A stretch of 64,000 bases of DNA from Lama guanicoe (Eukaryota): positions 2,195,026 to 2,259,025 of the forward strand of contig MU053933.1 in assembly GCA_013239625.1 (NCBI GenBank), in the 5' to 3' direction. A program made the translations under genes and the position numbers. Position 1 is the stretch's first letter, and every line of letters begins with the position of its first letter. The notes under the pieces were generated by a model. It was not told the DNA's origin, ran no database searches, and saw only the letters and a program-made list of their open reading frames with translations. Below, one piece after another: positions 37,330 through 48,901 of the stretch.

Positions 37330-39460
37330 AGGAATAGTGCCAAGAGACAAAATAGACAATAGAAATGAACCCAGAGGTGACACCGCATGAGAGGAGACAC
37401 AGATTTTAAATAATTGTGAAGAATATGCTCAAGAAAACAGATGTAATGACAGAGAGCTTTGTCGAAAACTGAAATGTAGAAAAAAGGAGCAAGTAGAAAT
37501 TCTAGACTGAAAAAAGTAATCATGGTACTTATGAATGGATAGATGGATTTAAAGTAGAATGGATAGCCAGAGAGGGGATTCGTGGTGGAAGATGTGAAGC
37601 ATCCGGGATGAAGCTGGAGAGGAAAAAGGAGGGGAAATAATTGAATAAATGTGGTAGAATATGGTGAAGAAATTTCGCTTTTTTCCCAGTGGAGTCCCAC
37701 ATGGGAGGAAAGAGAAAGAATGGGGGAATGTTTGAAGAGATAATGGTAAAGAATCTTCCAAAACAAAGACTCAAGCTACAAATCCAAGGAGTAATTTAAA
37801 CCTTAAGAGAATAAATATTAATGAAGCAACACCTAAGTGCATCATAATGGAACTGATAAAAGCCAGAGATAAAGACTAATTGTTGAAAACAGAGGAATAA
37901 TAGGCATTAACTTCAAAGTTGCAGCAATAAGATTTATAGTAGATTTCCCAACAGAAGTGATGAAAATGAGGAGGTAATGGAATGGCATCTTGAAGAATCT
38001 GAAAGATAATAACTGCAAACCTGGAGTTCGAGCCCACCAAGAATACTGTTCAAAGGTGAAGATGGAGCAAAACATTGCTAGACAAAAACCAAGCAACTTC
38101 AACACCAGAAGACCCACTTTAAATTAACATTAAAGGGAAGTCTCCAGACAGGATGACTGAAAGACAGAAAGCAGGAGAAGCTGAAAAGAGAAATAAGAAG
38201 GAAAATAGAAGTGAAAGTTGACCTACGTGCACACTCACAATGTTATGACGCCGTATATTACATTCACAGTCCTAGGGCGTCTAAGCTACAGGGAGAAATA
38301 AAATGCACGATGACATTGACAGGTGAGAGGGATCAATGGAGCTGGAGTGCTCTGAGATCTCAGCATTGCTCTGGAAGTGCAGGGGTGCTGGCACGGGCTT
38401 GAGTAACCCAAGAAAGCATGCTGTAATCTCCAGGGCAACCTCTGAAAGAACAGTAGAAGCCTGGTGTGAGTAATGATGACTAGGAAAGGGGAAGTGAATA
38501 ATAAAAGTGCTTGATTAATCCGAAGTAGTCAGGAAAAATGTGTAAAAGGAACATATAACAGTTGGGACAAATAGAAAACATATAATCAGATAGTAGATAT
38601 AAAGCCAATTATCAATAATTAAATTAAAGGTGACATATTAAATATTTCAATTTACATATAGAGATTGTTAGTCTGGATTTTAAAAGAGGAGAAGAAAATC
38701 TGTGTGTTGCTTACAAAAGCTACATCCTAAATATAAGGGCCCAGAAAGGCTGGAAGTCAAAGGATGGAAAAGGCTACATGATGCAACACTAACCAGAAAA
38801 GCTGGCCTGGCTCATTAACACCAGATAATGGAGATTCTGCAGTAGGAAGTGTTATTTGAGATGAAGAAAGACGTTTCATGAAACTAAAAGGTCAACCCCC
38901 CTAGAGAGCTATAATCATTTTAAACATGTAGGTACCTAATAACATAGCTTAAAACACAGAAATCAAAAATCAACAGAACTGAATGTGGAAATAGGGAAAG
39001 GTAAAAAAATATCATATTTGGGGATACCTGTCTCAATAATTGATAGGAATGGAGACAAAAATAATCTCAAAATGGGAAAGGCTATTAGAAGTTTGGAGTA
39101 AAACACTGAAGCCATAAAAATAAGATTGGAAAATTTCATCACATGAAAACTTTAAAGTCACATGGGATAAAACACCATAAGCAGTCAAAGGACGAACGAC
39201 AATGTGAGAAACAATTTGTCACGCAGGTCACAGCGAAAGAGCCAGTCACACCCAACCACCTCCCACCAGTGGCGAACAAACACTGACAGCAGGACAGAAA
39301 GTGAGCTAAGGACGCAGCCAGCCAGCCAACTGAGAAAAGACTGTGAATGTTTCGTAAACACAAACACACGCTCAACTCCCCTCAAAATGAGAGAGAACAG
39401 ATTTAACAGCCAAGTGATTCCATTTTTCACGTTTCAAACTGGAAAAGACAAAAACCGCTG
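37330..39460 (+). mobile_element. Degraded old L1
   Basis: A-rich; ORF1-like (gataatggtaaagaatcttccaaa) and EN-like (ggctggaagtcaaaggatggaaaagg) motifs. Confidence 0.65.
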
Positions 39461-41610
39461 ACGCCGAGGTCATGGCTTGGGCAGGGAGCGGGCAGGGCAG
39501 CGCGGCGGGCCCCCAGCCGGGATGCGGCAGCTCCCGCAGCTCCGGGGCCGGCTTGCCGCTACGCGCCGAGGTGGGACGCCCGCGCCTTCGGCCCAGTCCC
39601 CGAGCGGCGGTCCTGCAGGTGTTCCTGAACAGGCGCGAGGCCTGTGCAGAAGCACCACAGCATGAGCTCGTTCAAAGCTCCATGACACAGACCACGGGAA
39701 ACAGATGCCGGGGCCCACCCCCGCCTCCCGGTGTCCGCGGGCAGCGTGGCCCCGGCCCCTCGAGCGTGGTCAGGACCTGTGACACACTTACAGGCACAAA
39801 GGATACAGCGAAGGTGACGGGACGTGCGTGATCACACGCGTGTGATTATGTTACACAAGATGGTAGCCCCGGTGCAGGGAGGAGAGCCTGCTCTCCTGTC
39901 CTGCTGTGAGCTGCCCGTGAGAGGCAAGTAAGTGAGGGTGGCCTCCACTGACAGCCAGCAAAAGCCGAGCCCTCTCTCCCACCACCGGCAGGAGCTGCAT
40001 CCTGACAAGGCCCACCTGAGCTTGGCAGGGACCCCTCCCCGGGCTGCACCTTCAGATGAGACCCCGGGTCACAGCCCCGTGGGAGCCCAGCTCAGCTGTG
40101 CCTGGGCGCCCCCCGCCCCCGCGCAGGCTGCGAGGCGACACGCGTGCCCCGTTTTAAGCCGGGGGCTTGTGGTGCTTTGTTTCACAGCAGAAGGAAGTGG
40201 ACGCACAGGCCAACGTGGGATTCCAGGCAGCGGCGGACAGGAGGGGGAAACCTTTACACATTCCCAGGGAAGGAGCTCCCCACTGGGCTGCGTTTAAAAA
40301 CACAGTGTGTAGAATGTGATATAGTTTGCATTTTAAAAACTTACACACACAAAGACATTACGTGTACATAGACATACCAACAGAGAGAGGGAACAGGAAC
40401 TAGACTCGTAGATCCACAGGTCAATGGGAAGTGACTGATAGGTAGGTGAGTCAGGCAGAGAGAGAGGCGAGGGGAGGGGGAGGCCGGCCTCGGCATCCGA
40501 GGGCTCCTTATGTGTGAACTCGCCCGCTCACTCACATCTGTTTGCGGCCCCAGATCAGCACGCGCCCTGCTCGCGGGGTCAGGGTGGACGTGCGCAGCCG
40601 TCCGCACGAGCACTGAGCCTGGCTGATGAGAATGCAGTGAGCAGAGGCCCGCAGAAACCCAGCCCTGTATCTCCTTGGGAGCGATGCTTCACTGTTCACA
40701 GCATTTACTATCCAGTGTCTGTGCGACTTTGTACAACACAATCCTGTGGGTCACGGGAATGCACTGCCCGTGCGCACGTGCGTACGTGGTCAGAGACCGC
40801 GGCTAAGTGGGTGAGTGGCTGCTTCCTGACAGGAGGCTGGGTCCCGGGGGACGAGGCTGAGGGAGACGCCATCCACGGCTTCGTCCCATGGCTTCCTGTG
40901 GGCTGTGCGACCCTGCGGGCAGTCTGTGTCCTGTGGGGAGGCGGGTGGGGTATCCGGCCAGCAGGGTGCTGGGAAAGGCCGACAGGGGCTGCCTTGGAGG
41001 AGGAGCCGGGCCATCCAAACACAGGGGGCTGCGCGAGAGGGAGACGTGGGGGCTGTGACCCACTCCGAGTCCAGCATGGGTGCTCCGTGTGGCCCACGCA
41101 TGGGAACCACGGCCCAGGAGGCTGGTGTTGTTTGCAGCGCACGCGATTTTGCCCTAAATACATGGTCCTGTGGCCTTCCAAGTGCATGGACAGGGGGACA
41201 GTGGACACACAGGCAGGAAGCAGAGAGCAGTCCTTTGATGGCCCTGGGACGCCACTGAGTGACCTGACTGTGGGTCCTCCTCACAGGGGGCAGCATCCCT
41301 GCGCCCCACGGGATGGGGTGTTTGATGAGAGGGGAACTTCCTAATGCCGCCTGCCGGCGAGGTGAGTGATGGCCCGGGGCCGCCCTGGCAGGTGACAGGA
41401 CGATGCCCAGCGCACCCAAGGGGGTCCGAGGCACCGCCCACCCCGACACCCACCCTCCCCTGCTCTGAGAACCAGGGCTGGAATCACGCCAACCCCCTCC
41501 CGCTCCCCTGGGGACACAATGGGACAGACTCCTGAGCCAGACGCTCCCAGGAAGTTTACGAGGTACACACGCCACAGGCCAACAAACGTCCCTATGCCAG
41601 CTTGCGAACC

Positions 41611-41661
41611 GGAACTGGAAGCTTGTAGGGCCTGGAAACACAAGCTGCGAGGGGTATAAAA
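41611..41661 (+). promoter_or_regulatory. KRTAP10 copy 5 core promoter
   Basis: GGAACTGGAAG at 41611-41621 and GGGGTATAAAAG at 41651-41662. Confidence 0.7.
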
Positions 41662-41748
41662 GCCAACAGCACACGACACCTTACACACTCACTCAGACAC
41701 ACACTCTCACCCACACACTCACCCTCCTCCAGCCCCACCACCCCCACC

Positions 41749-42369
41749 ATGGCTGCGCCTGCCCTGTCTGTCTGTTCCAGCGACCTGAGCTACGGCAGCC
41801 GGGTCTGCCTGGCCGGTCCCTGTGACTCCTGCACCGGCTCCTCCTGGCAGGTGGACGACTGCCCAGAGAGCTGCTGCGAGCCCCCCTGCTGCGCCCCGGC
41901 CCCCTGCCTGAGCCTCCTCTGCGCCCCAGCGAGCTGTGAGCCCTGCCCCTGCCCATCTGCCTGCACCAGCTCCTGCACGGCCTTGTGCTGCCCGCAGCCT
42001 AGCTGCCAGCCCTCCTGCTGCACCTCCTCCCCCTGCCAGCAGGACTGCTGTGAGCCTGTGTGCTGCAGGCCTGTGTGCTGCAGGCCCGTGTGCTGCACGC
42101 CCGTGTGCTGCAGGCCCGTCTGCTGCAGGCCCGTGTGCTGCACGCCTGTCTGCTGCAGGCCCGTGTGCTGCAGGCCCGTGTGCTGTGAGCCCACCCCCTG
42201 CCCCTCGTCCTGCTGCAGACCCTCCTCCTCCGTGTCCCTGCTCTGCCGCCCCGTGTGCAGACCCGCCTGCTGTGCCCCCGCCCCCTCCTGCCAGCCCAGC
42301 TGCTGCTGCCCGGCCTCCTGCGTGTCCCTGCTCTGCCGCCCCAGGTGCTCCCACACCGCCTGCTACTGA
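41749..42369 (+). CDS. KRTAP10: KRTAP10 family gene (copy 5, 206 aa), in TSPEAR intron 1
   Basis: MAAPALSVCSSDLSYGSRVC... ending PRCSHTACY-TGA. TATAAAA at 41655-41661; AATAAA at 42782-42787. Confidence 0.93.
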   Translation: MAAPALSVCSSDLSYGSRVCLAGPCDSCTGSSWQVDDCPESCCEPPCCAPAPCLSLLCAPASCEPCPCPSACTSSCTALCCPQPSCQPSCCTSSPCQQDCCEPVCCRPVCCRPVCCTPVCCRPVCCRPVCCTPVCCRPVCCRPVCCEPTPCPSSCCRPSSSVSLLCRPVCRPACCAPAPSCQPSCCCPASCVSLLCRPRCSHTACY

Positions 42370-45300
42370 GTGATCTTCAGGTCACCCCAAAGCTGGAGAG
42401 GTCACTACCATCTGCACCCCTGGATCCTTACTCAGGGCCAGGACAGCTGTGGAGCACTCCCCTGCAGTGGACACTATGTCACCTGGCCACTCACTGTGCA
42501 TTTCTTGTCCTGGAAATAGCACACTAACTTCTTCAAGCATTGACACCCCCCAGCCCCGGTCACATGCCGCCCCCCTGGCCTGGGTTGGCAATGACCCCAG
42601 GGAGGCAGCCAGCCCCCCTCAGGCTGGGACCCTGGTGTGGAGTAAAGGACAAGAAGTCATATAGTGGGAAGTGGTTTGTCTTCGCGGCCCCTAGACCCTG
42701 GCGTGGCCCTGGCTCCTCCACTGGTTCCTAGCTGCTTTCTTAATTTTTTTTTCCTTCCTCTGTGAGCTGTCAGTCCTTTCCAATAAATTCTCTCCTGATC
42801 ATTAAACCAGAGTTCGTTTCTGCTGTTTACAGCAAAGACCCCTGCCTGACCCTCCCCCAGGTAAGAGTGGGCCTGGGTCACTGCCAAGGGCCCTGGAGTT
42901 CCTGCCCCTTCAGTGGTGTCCAGGAGCTGCTCCACCACTCTGGACATGTGTATGTCCAAGGGGAGCACATGTTTTCATGGATGCAAAGGCTGAGTGGCCT
43001 AACAGTGGTGCTGCCCTGGGAAGGAGCTGCCCTACAGGGGTGACCCCCAAACCCCGATGGTCTCCAGTTCCCCCACTCCAGAAGGATGAAGACCCTGGCC
43101 CCATGCAGGAAAGAGCAAGGCTGGCCTGGGACAGCCACCCTCGGGCATCTGGGAACGTGCACTTGGGGAGGGTCCCGCTGTGGAGTGACAGGGGCCTCAC
43201 GGGTCTAAACTGTCTGCACACACAGTATGGACAGCTGCGCTCCCTCTGGGAGTCTGGAACTTGGGGGCGGGCCAGGCGGAGGGCGCCCACGTGACCAGCC
43301 CCAGGAAAGCCCTGGGCACTGATCTCCCACGAGCTCCCTGCTGGCGGGTCAGTGCTTCCTTTGTGACTCCCTGGGGTGGGGGGTGGGGCTCAGGAAGCCT
43401 GTGCCCCGTGTCCCCTGGCTTCTCTCCACGCGACTCTCCCTGTGCTGACTTACTCTCTGGGCTGAGTAGTGGGAGACACAGTGAATTACCAAGCCTGGAG
43501 GAGGCCCCAGGGACCCCACTACCAATCAGATTGGCTGAAGTGCTCAAGTCCAACCACAACAAGCATGGCCCAGAGCGCAGGAAACAAGACCCACTCAGAT
43601 GCAGGCGCGATTTCCAGTTTTCAGAGCAGGTGGTTTACACCTGGGAACGCGGCACCTGTGCCCACCCTCCCCCGGCGGCCTCCAGGGCAGGGTCCTCCTG
43701 TCTGCACATGAACCCACACCGGCCATCTCGCAGCAGCATTAAAAATGACCTAAGCGCCCCTCAGTAGGAGAATGGACAATTGAACCACAGCCTATACCCG
43801 CAAGGAAGGTGCGTTTAAACGGCTGAACCATTGAAACACACCCATGGACGCACCTCAAAAGCATAGCGTGGAGTGAAAAAAAAATCTTGATGCAGATTGA
43901 TACATACGCAGTAATACACATATACAGGCCAAAACATACAGCGATCCTTTGTCTTCACGGCTGTGAACACCTCTGTTAAACTCCAAAACATCTGCAACAC
44001 CAGCCTCGGAATGGTGGCTACCCCGACGGAGGGCGGAGGATGGGACGGGGGCACACGGGGACCTCGGCGGCACCTGTGACATTCCGCACATGTGGCAAAA
44101 CGCTGAGATTCGTTTACACCGATTTGTAGATGCATGAGTACTTATTACGCTATTTTCTAAACTTTCTGAAATGTTTTATAATTTAAAAAACTATCTAAAG
44201 GTGGAAAAGATGTTACCCAGACCACGTTCCTGAGCCAGGTTCCGTAAGATGGACTTGTGAAAACGCAAAGATGCTTCCTTTGGAAAATTTAAAGGTGGCC
44301 TCTCTAGTTGAAGACACGGAAACCCAAGTACAAACTCTTTGGAAATAAATGAAGAAAGTATTTCAGCTCCGAATGCGTGTGCAGTTTGCGTAAAGCAGCA
44401 TTCAGGGAGTCAGTTAGCTCCTTAAAGACATACGGTAAAAAAGGAATCAAGGGTAAAAGTAAGTACAATTTTAATTCAGAAAGTGAGGAAAACTTCTGAA
44501 AGAAAGTGAAAGAAATAAATGAATAAAACCAATGACCTAAGAACAAAGGAAGAAATCGTAGGTACAGGCAACACAAGGAAACATTTGTTTTTAAAAGGTC
44601 TGTGCAAGAATTCAAAGCGTGGCAGATCTAAAGGAGATAAATAAATATTGACTGAAGAGAGAAACTTTTAAACTGTGAGAAAAAGAGCCATCTTTACGTC
44701 AACCCAACTGAAACTTTCAGATGAAGAGAGAAATTTTCCAGGAAAAGATCATCGCTGGAATCAGCGCAGGAAAAGATGAAAAGCTTGAACAGCCTGTGGT
44801 CACAGAAGAACTTGAGAAGCTAGGGGAACGCTTTCTGGGGCAGCAAGGACCAGATCCAGACGTTGGTGCAACAGCAAATAGGCCGAAAGAGCCTGATGAC
44901 TCCGCGCCCACACAGCACGTGGTTCGCAATCGGCGTCACTGCGGGTTTGCGTGTAGCGAGGGCGCGGGACAACTCGATGTGCGCGCGGAAGAAGGACGTT
45001 TGACTGCTCGCTCACACCGCTAACTGGAGGTGGGTCTCAGAGCTGAACGTGGAAGGGAAACTGGAGATCGAGAGGAACGCACAGGGCAATGTCTGCATGA
45101 CATAGAGGCGGGCAAACACTTTGGAAGCAGGATGTAAAAAACACTAAACACAGAAAAAAAAAATCAATAAATTGGACTTCATTAAAATTAAGAACAAGTC
45201 ATCAAAAAACACCATGAACACAACACACCCGTTAGAGTGACTCAGATTTGAAAAGCTAACGATGCCACGTGTCAGCGAGGACGTGGAGGAACTGGACCCA

Positions 45301-48114
45301 CGGGGATCTGCAGGCGGGAGGGTAAAATGGCACAACCCCCCGAAACCGGCCAGCAGCCTCCCAAGCGCGCGCCGCGTGGGCCGGCCGCCCCCGGGCTAGT
45401 CATCCAGCGAAGTGGAGCACACGGCCAAAGAGCTTCTCACGACTGTTCAGAGGAGCTGCCTTTCCCTGCTAGCCGTATGAGCCCCAGCAGCTAAATGGAT
45501 AAACCAGTGGTGCTGTATGTACACAGCGGGCTACTCCTCGGTGCAGAAAGGACCCGCCGCCACTGCGTGGAGCCACATGTGCGTGGATCTCCCTCAGCGT
45601 CCTGAGGGGGAGCGCCGCACCGAAAGGGTTCACGCTGCCTAATCCAGTTTACATGAGACGCCAGGAAAGACAAATGCTGTCGAGACACAGAGGGGATCTG
45701 GAGTTTCCTGGGTTCGGGGTTGTGAGGGGATGGGACTGACTGTGAAAGAGCACATGGGAACCTTGGGGGCGATGGGAAAGTTCTGTACCTTGCTTCTGGA
45801 AGCGGCCTCACAGGGGTACACGTTTCCCAACACTCAGCAAATGGAAACTTTAAATAAGGACGATTTACAGTATGTAACTACACCTCTATAAGGCTGGCTT
45901 GTAAAATGGACACCATCGAGGGGATGAAGAACACAGCCCAGGCCTGGATGAGCGATTTATGATGCACCTGTCCCAGTCGAGCCGCAGCTGCGAGGGCGGC
46001 TCCTGAGGGCTGGCTGCGCCTCGCCTCTCCCAGCTCCGCGCTCAGCCACACCGCACTGGTGCTGGTGGTGGGAACGTCCACACCACAGAAGCTGGTGTGT
46101 GCAACCAGTCAGGGCTTTCTTGTTTTCGTTTTACAGACAGCCAGTTATTAAACAGTTACCAGCAAGCCACTGCATAGATACAACAGACAACTCATGTTCA
46201 GAATGTATAATAAATGTCTACAAAAAATAAGAAATATGAATACCTCTGTTAAAAACGAAATGAGCAAATGACTTGCACAGCTACCTCACAAGAAAAGATA
46301 TCTGAATGTCCAACAAGCGGCTTTACTGCACTGGGGACGCACATGAATGCAACAGCACGATATCCCCACACACTTTCCAAAATGGATACAAATACCTCAC
46401 TTTATAAAGGATACAGAGATCCGGATTGGAATGCGTAAAACTGACTAGTGGAGATGTGACTTTCTTTAGAAAGTTGTTGGGCAGTACATGCTAAACCAAA
46501 CATATGCCTTTCATGTGACCCAGCATTTCCACTCCTGGGTATACAATGAAGAGAAATTAGCGAACATATCCACCAAAAGCAAAATGTACAAGAATTTTTA
46601 TAGCAGCATTATTAACATTAGCCAACATTTGGAAATAATCAAAGTCTCTGTCACTGAGAAAGAGAACATTAAGTAATATTTAAACCAATGGTTGTATCAC
46701 AGAAAAAGAATGAACTGCAATGTGGGCAGGCACATGGCCCTTTTTGCTGAGCAAAATAAGGCATAAACAGGAGGGTAGGCAAAACTCATCATTGGGGAGA
46801 GAAGGTGGAATTGTGACTCCTCCTTGGGGGAAGTGGGTCAACTGAAAGACCACACAAGGGAACATTTAGAATTCTGGAATGTTCTACAGCCTCAACAAAA
46901 TATTCAGAGGGAAATTTTTTTCCAATCCAGAAGATTATCCCCAGCTAAACCATCCATCAAGTATAAGGGCAGGGTAAGGCATTTTTAGTTCTGTGGTGCT
47001 CAAAAAAATCTATCTTCCATGAACCTATTTTCAGAAAGCTACTGGAGGGTGTGCTCCACCAAAATAAGGGTGTAAACCCACAAAGAAAAAGACGCATCTT
47101 TTGGGAAATAATAGATCCAGGATAGGAGAGAGGTGATGGAAAATCCAAAGACAGGAATGAAGGGAACTCCCTGAATGATACCTGTGCATCTGGCCAAGAT
47201 CACCCAATAGATATTAGCCCACAAATAAAGAGGGCTCCAGGGGAGATGCTTCCAAAAAACAAATAAAGATGGTAGATCACCTGGTAGGTCTGAGCCTCTT
47301 GAGTGAGCTTGGAATGAACTAGTCAGAGAGCTTCAGGGTGATTTATCGATAGGTACACAGAAAAATAAACAAACACAAGATGCAATTGTAACTCTAAGAA
47401 ATGAAAAACACAGGCAAAAGTGAAACATGTATAAACAGAGAAATAAAATCTGGTTTCACTACATAGACTTGGCTACAGATAAACTCACTTGATTAAAATA
47501 ATAAAGATTCTGAACATGGATTTAACCAAATATTGGGGTATCACTGCCTTCTAAGGATGGGAAGAGGGAACCTTCTCTTTGGGCTGCTGGAAAACAAGAG
47601 AAAAGCTTTCTTCTACAGTAGGAAATCAAATCATACCTAAAACTAAAACTCAAAACTAACGCAACATGCATGCTACTTAGTAATTACGAGATAAATAGGA
47701 GAACTAAGAACAGTGTCTGGAATGGACACTGGAAGAAACGCATGCAGGGAGGAGCTGGGGACACCCTGCCAGAGCCTCCACTGGAGCAGGGATGCGGGCA
47801 CTCCTTTGGGCCAAGACACCCATTGCTCAGGGCAGGAGGGACTGAGATGCCTGTGGAGCACCTGCAGGGACAAAACACCCTGAGACTGGAATTCACATCA
47901 AAGATGAGCAAGCAAACAGATGGAAGGAAGAGCCGAGATTTTACACCCAACTCATCAGCCATTCAACCACCAGAGTCTGCATCTCAGCACTGCTTTCAAG
48001 ACACAAACAAACCTCCAGGCACCAGCCATGAGAAGCCTAGAGGACAGTGTTACAAACATCTCACAGTAAGTAAACGAGGAAGCATTGTTGCGGAAGGTGC
48101 TCTGAGCAACAATA

Positions 48115-48175
48115 AGGAAGGGGAAGAGCTGTTGAGAATCAGGTGAGGCCCAGCTCCTCCGGGAGGGGTATAAAA
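48115..48175 (+). promoter_or_regulatory. KRTAP10 copy 6 core promoter
   Basis: AGGAAG at 48115-48120 and TATAAAA at 48169-48175. Confidence 0.72.
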
Positions 48176-48256
48176 GCCCGCATGCCCAGGGCACCTCACC
48201 CACCCACTCACCACTCACAGCCCCGTCCAGCTCACCTCCCGGCACAAAGCCCCACC

Positions 48257-48901
48257 ATGGCTGACGCCAGCTGCTCCAGGACTTACGTTATCTCTGCATC
48301 CACCCTGTCTGTCTGTTCCAGTGACCCGAACTGTGGCAGCCGCGTCTGCTCACCCACTGCCTGCACTGGCTTCTCCCGGCAGGTGGACGATTGCCAGGAG
48401 AGCTACTGCGAGCCCCCCTGCTGCACCCCGGGCCCCTGCCTGAGCCTCCTCTGCGCCCCAGCGAGCTGTGAGCCCTGCCCCTGCCCATCAGCCTGCACCA
48501 GCTCCTGCACGGCCTTGTGCTGCCCGCAGTCTAGCTGCCAGCCCTCCTGCTGCACCTCCTCCCCCTGCCAGCAGGACTGCTGTGCACCCCTCTGCTGCAG
48601 GCCTGTCTGCTGCAGGCCCGTGTGCTGCAGGCCCGTGTGCTGCACGCCTGTCTGCTGCAGGCCTGTGTGCTGCAGGCCCGTGTGCTGCAGGCCCGTGTGC
48701 TGTGAGCCCACCCCCTGCCCCTCGTCCTGCTGCAGACCCTCCTCCTCCGTGTCCCTGCTCTGCCGCCCCGTGTGCAGACCCGCCTGCTGTGCCCCTGCCC
48801 CCTCCTGCCAGCCCAGCTGTTGCCGCCCGGCCTCCTGCGTGTCCCTGCTCTGCCACCCCAGGTGCTCCCGCTCGGCCTGCTGTGTCCCCGACTCGGCCTA
48901 G
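48257..48901 (+). CDS. KRTAP10-8: KRTAP10-8-like gene (copy 6, 214 aa), in TSPEAR intron 1
   Basis: Distinct N-terminus MADASCSRTYVISASTLSVCSSD resembles remembered human KRTAP10-8 (MADACCTRTYVIAASTMSVCSSD). TATAAAA at 48169-48175; AATAAA at 49238-49243. Family call is firm; ortholog call is from memory. Confidence 0.88.
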   Translation: MADASCSRTYVISASTLSVCSSDPNCGSRVCSPTACTGFSRQVDDCQESYCEPPCCTPGPCLSLLCAPASCEPCPCPSACTSSCTALCCPQSSCQPSCCTSSPCQQDCCAPLCCRPVCCRPVCCRPVCCTPVCCRPVCCRPVCCRPVCCEPTPCPSSCCRPSSSVSLLCRPVCRPACCAPAPSCQPSCCRPASCVSLLCHPRCSRSACCVPDSA

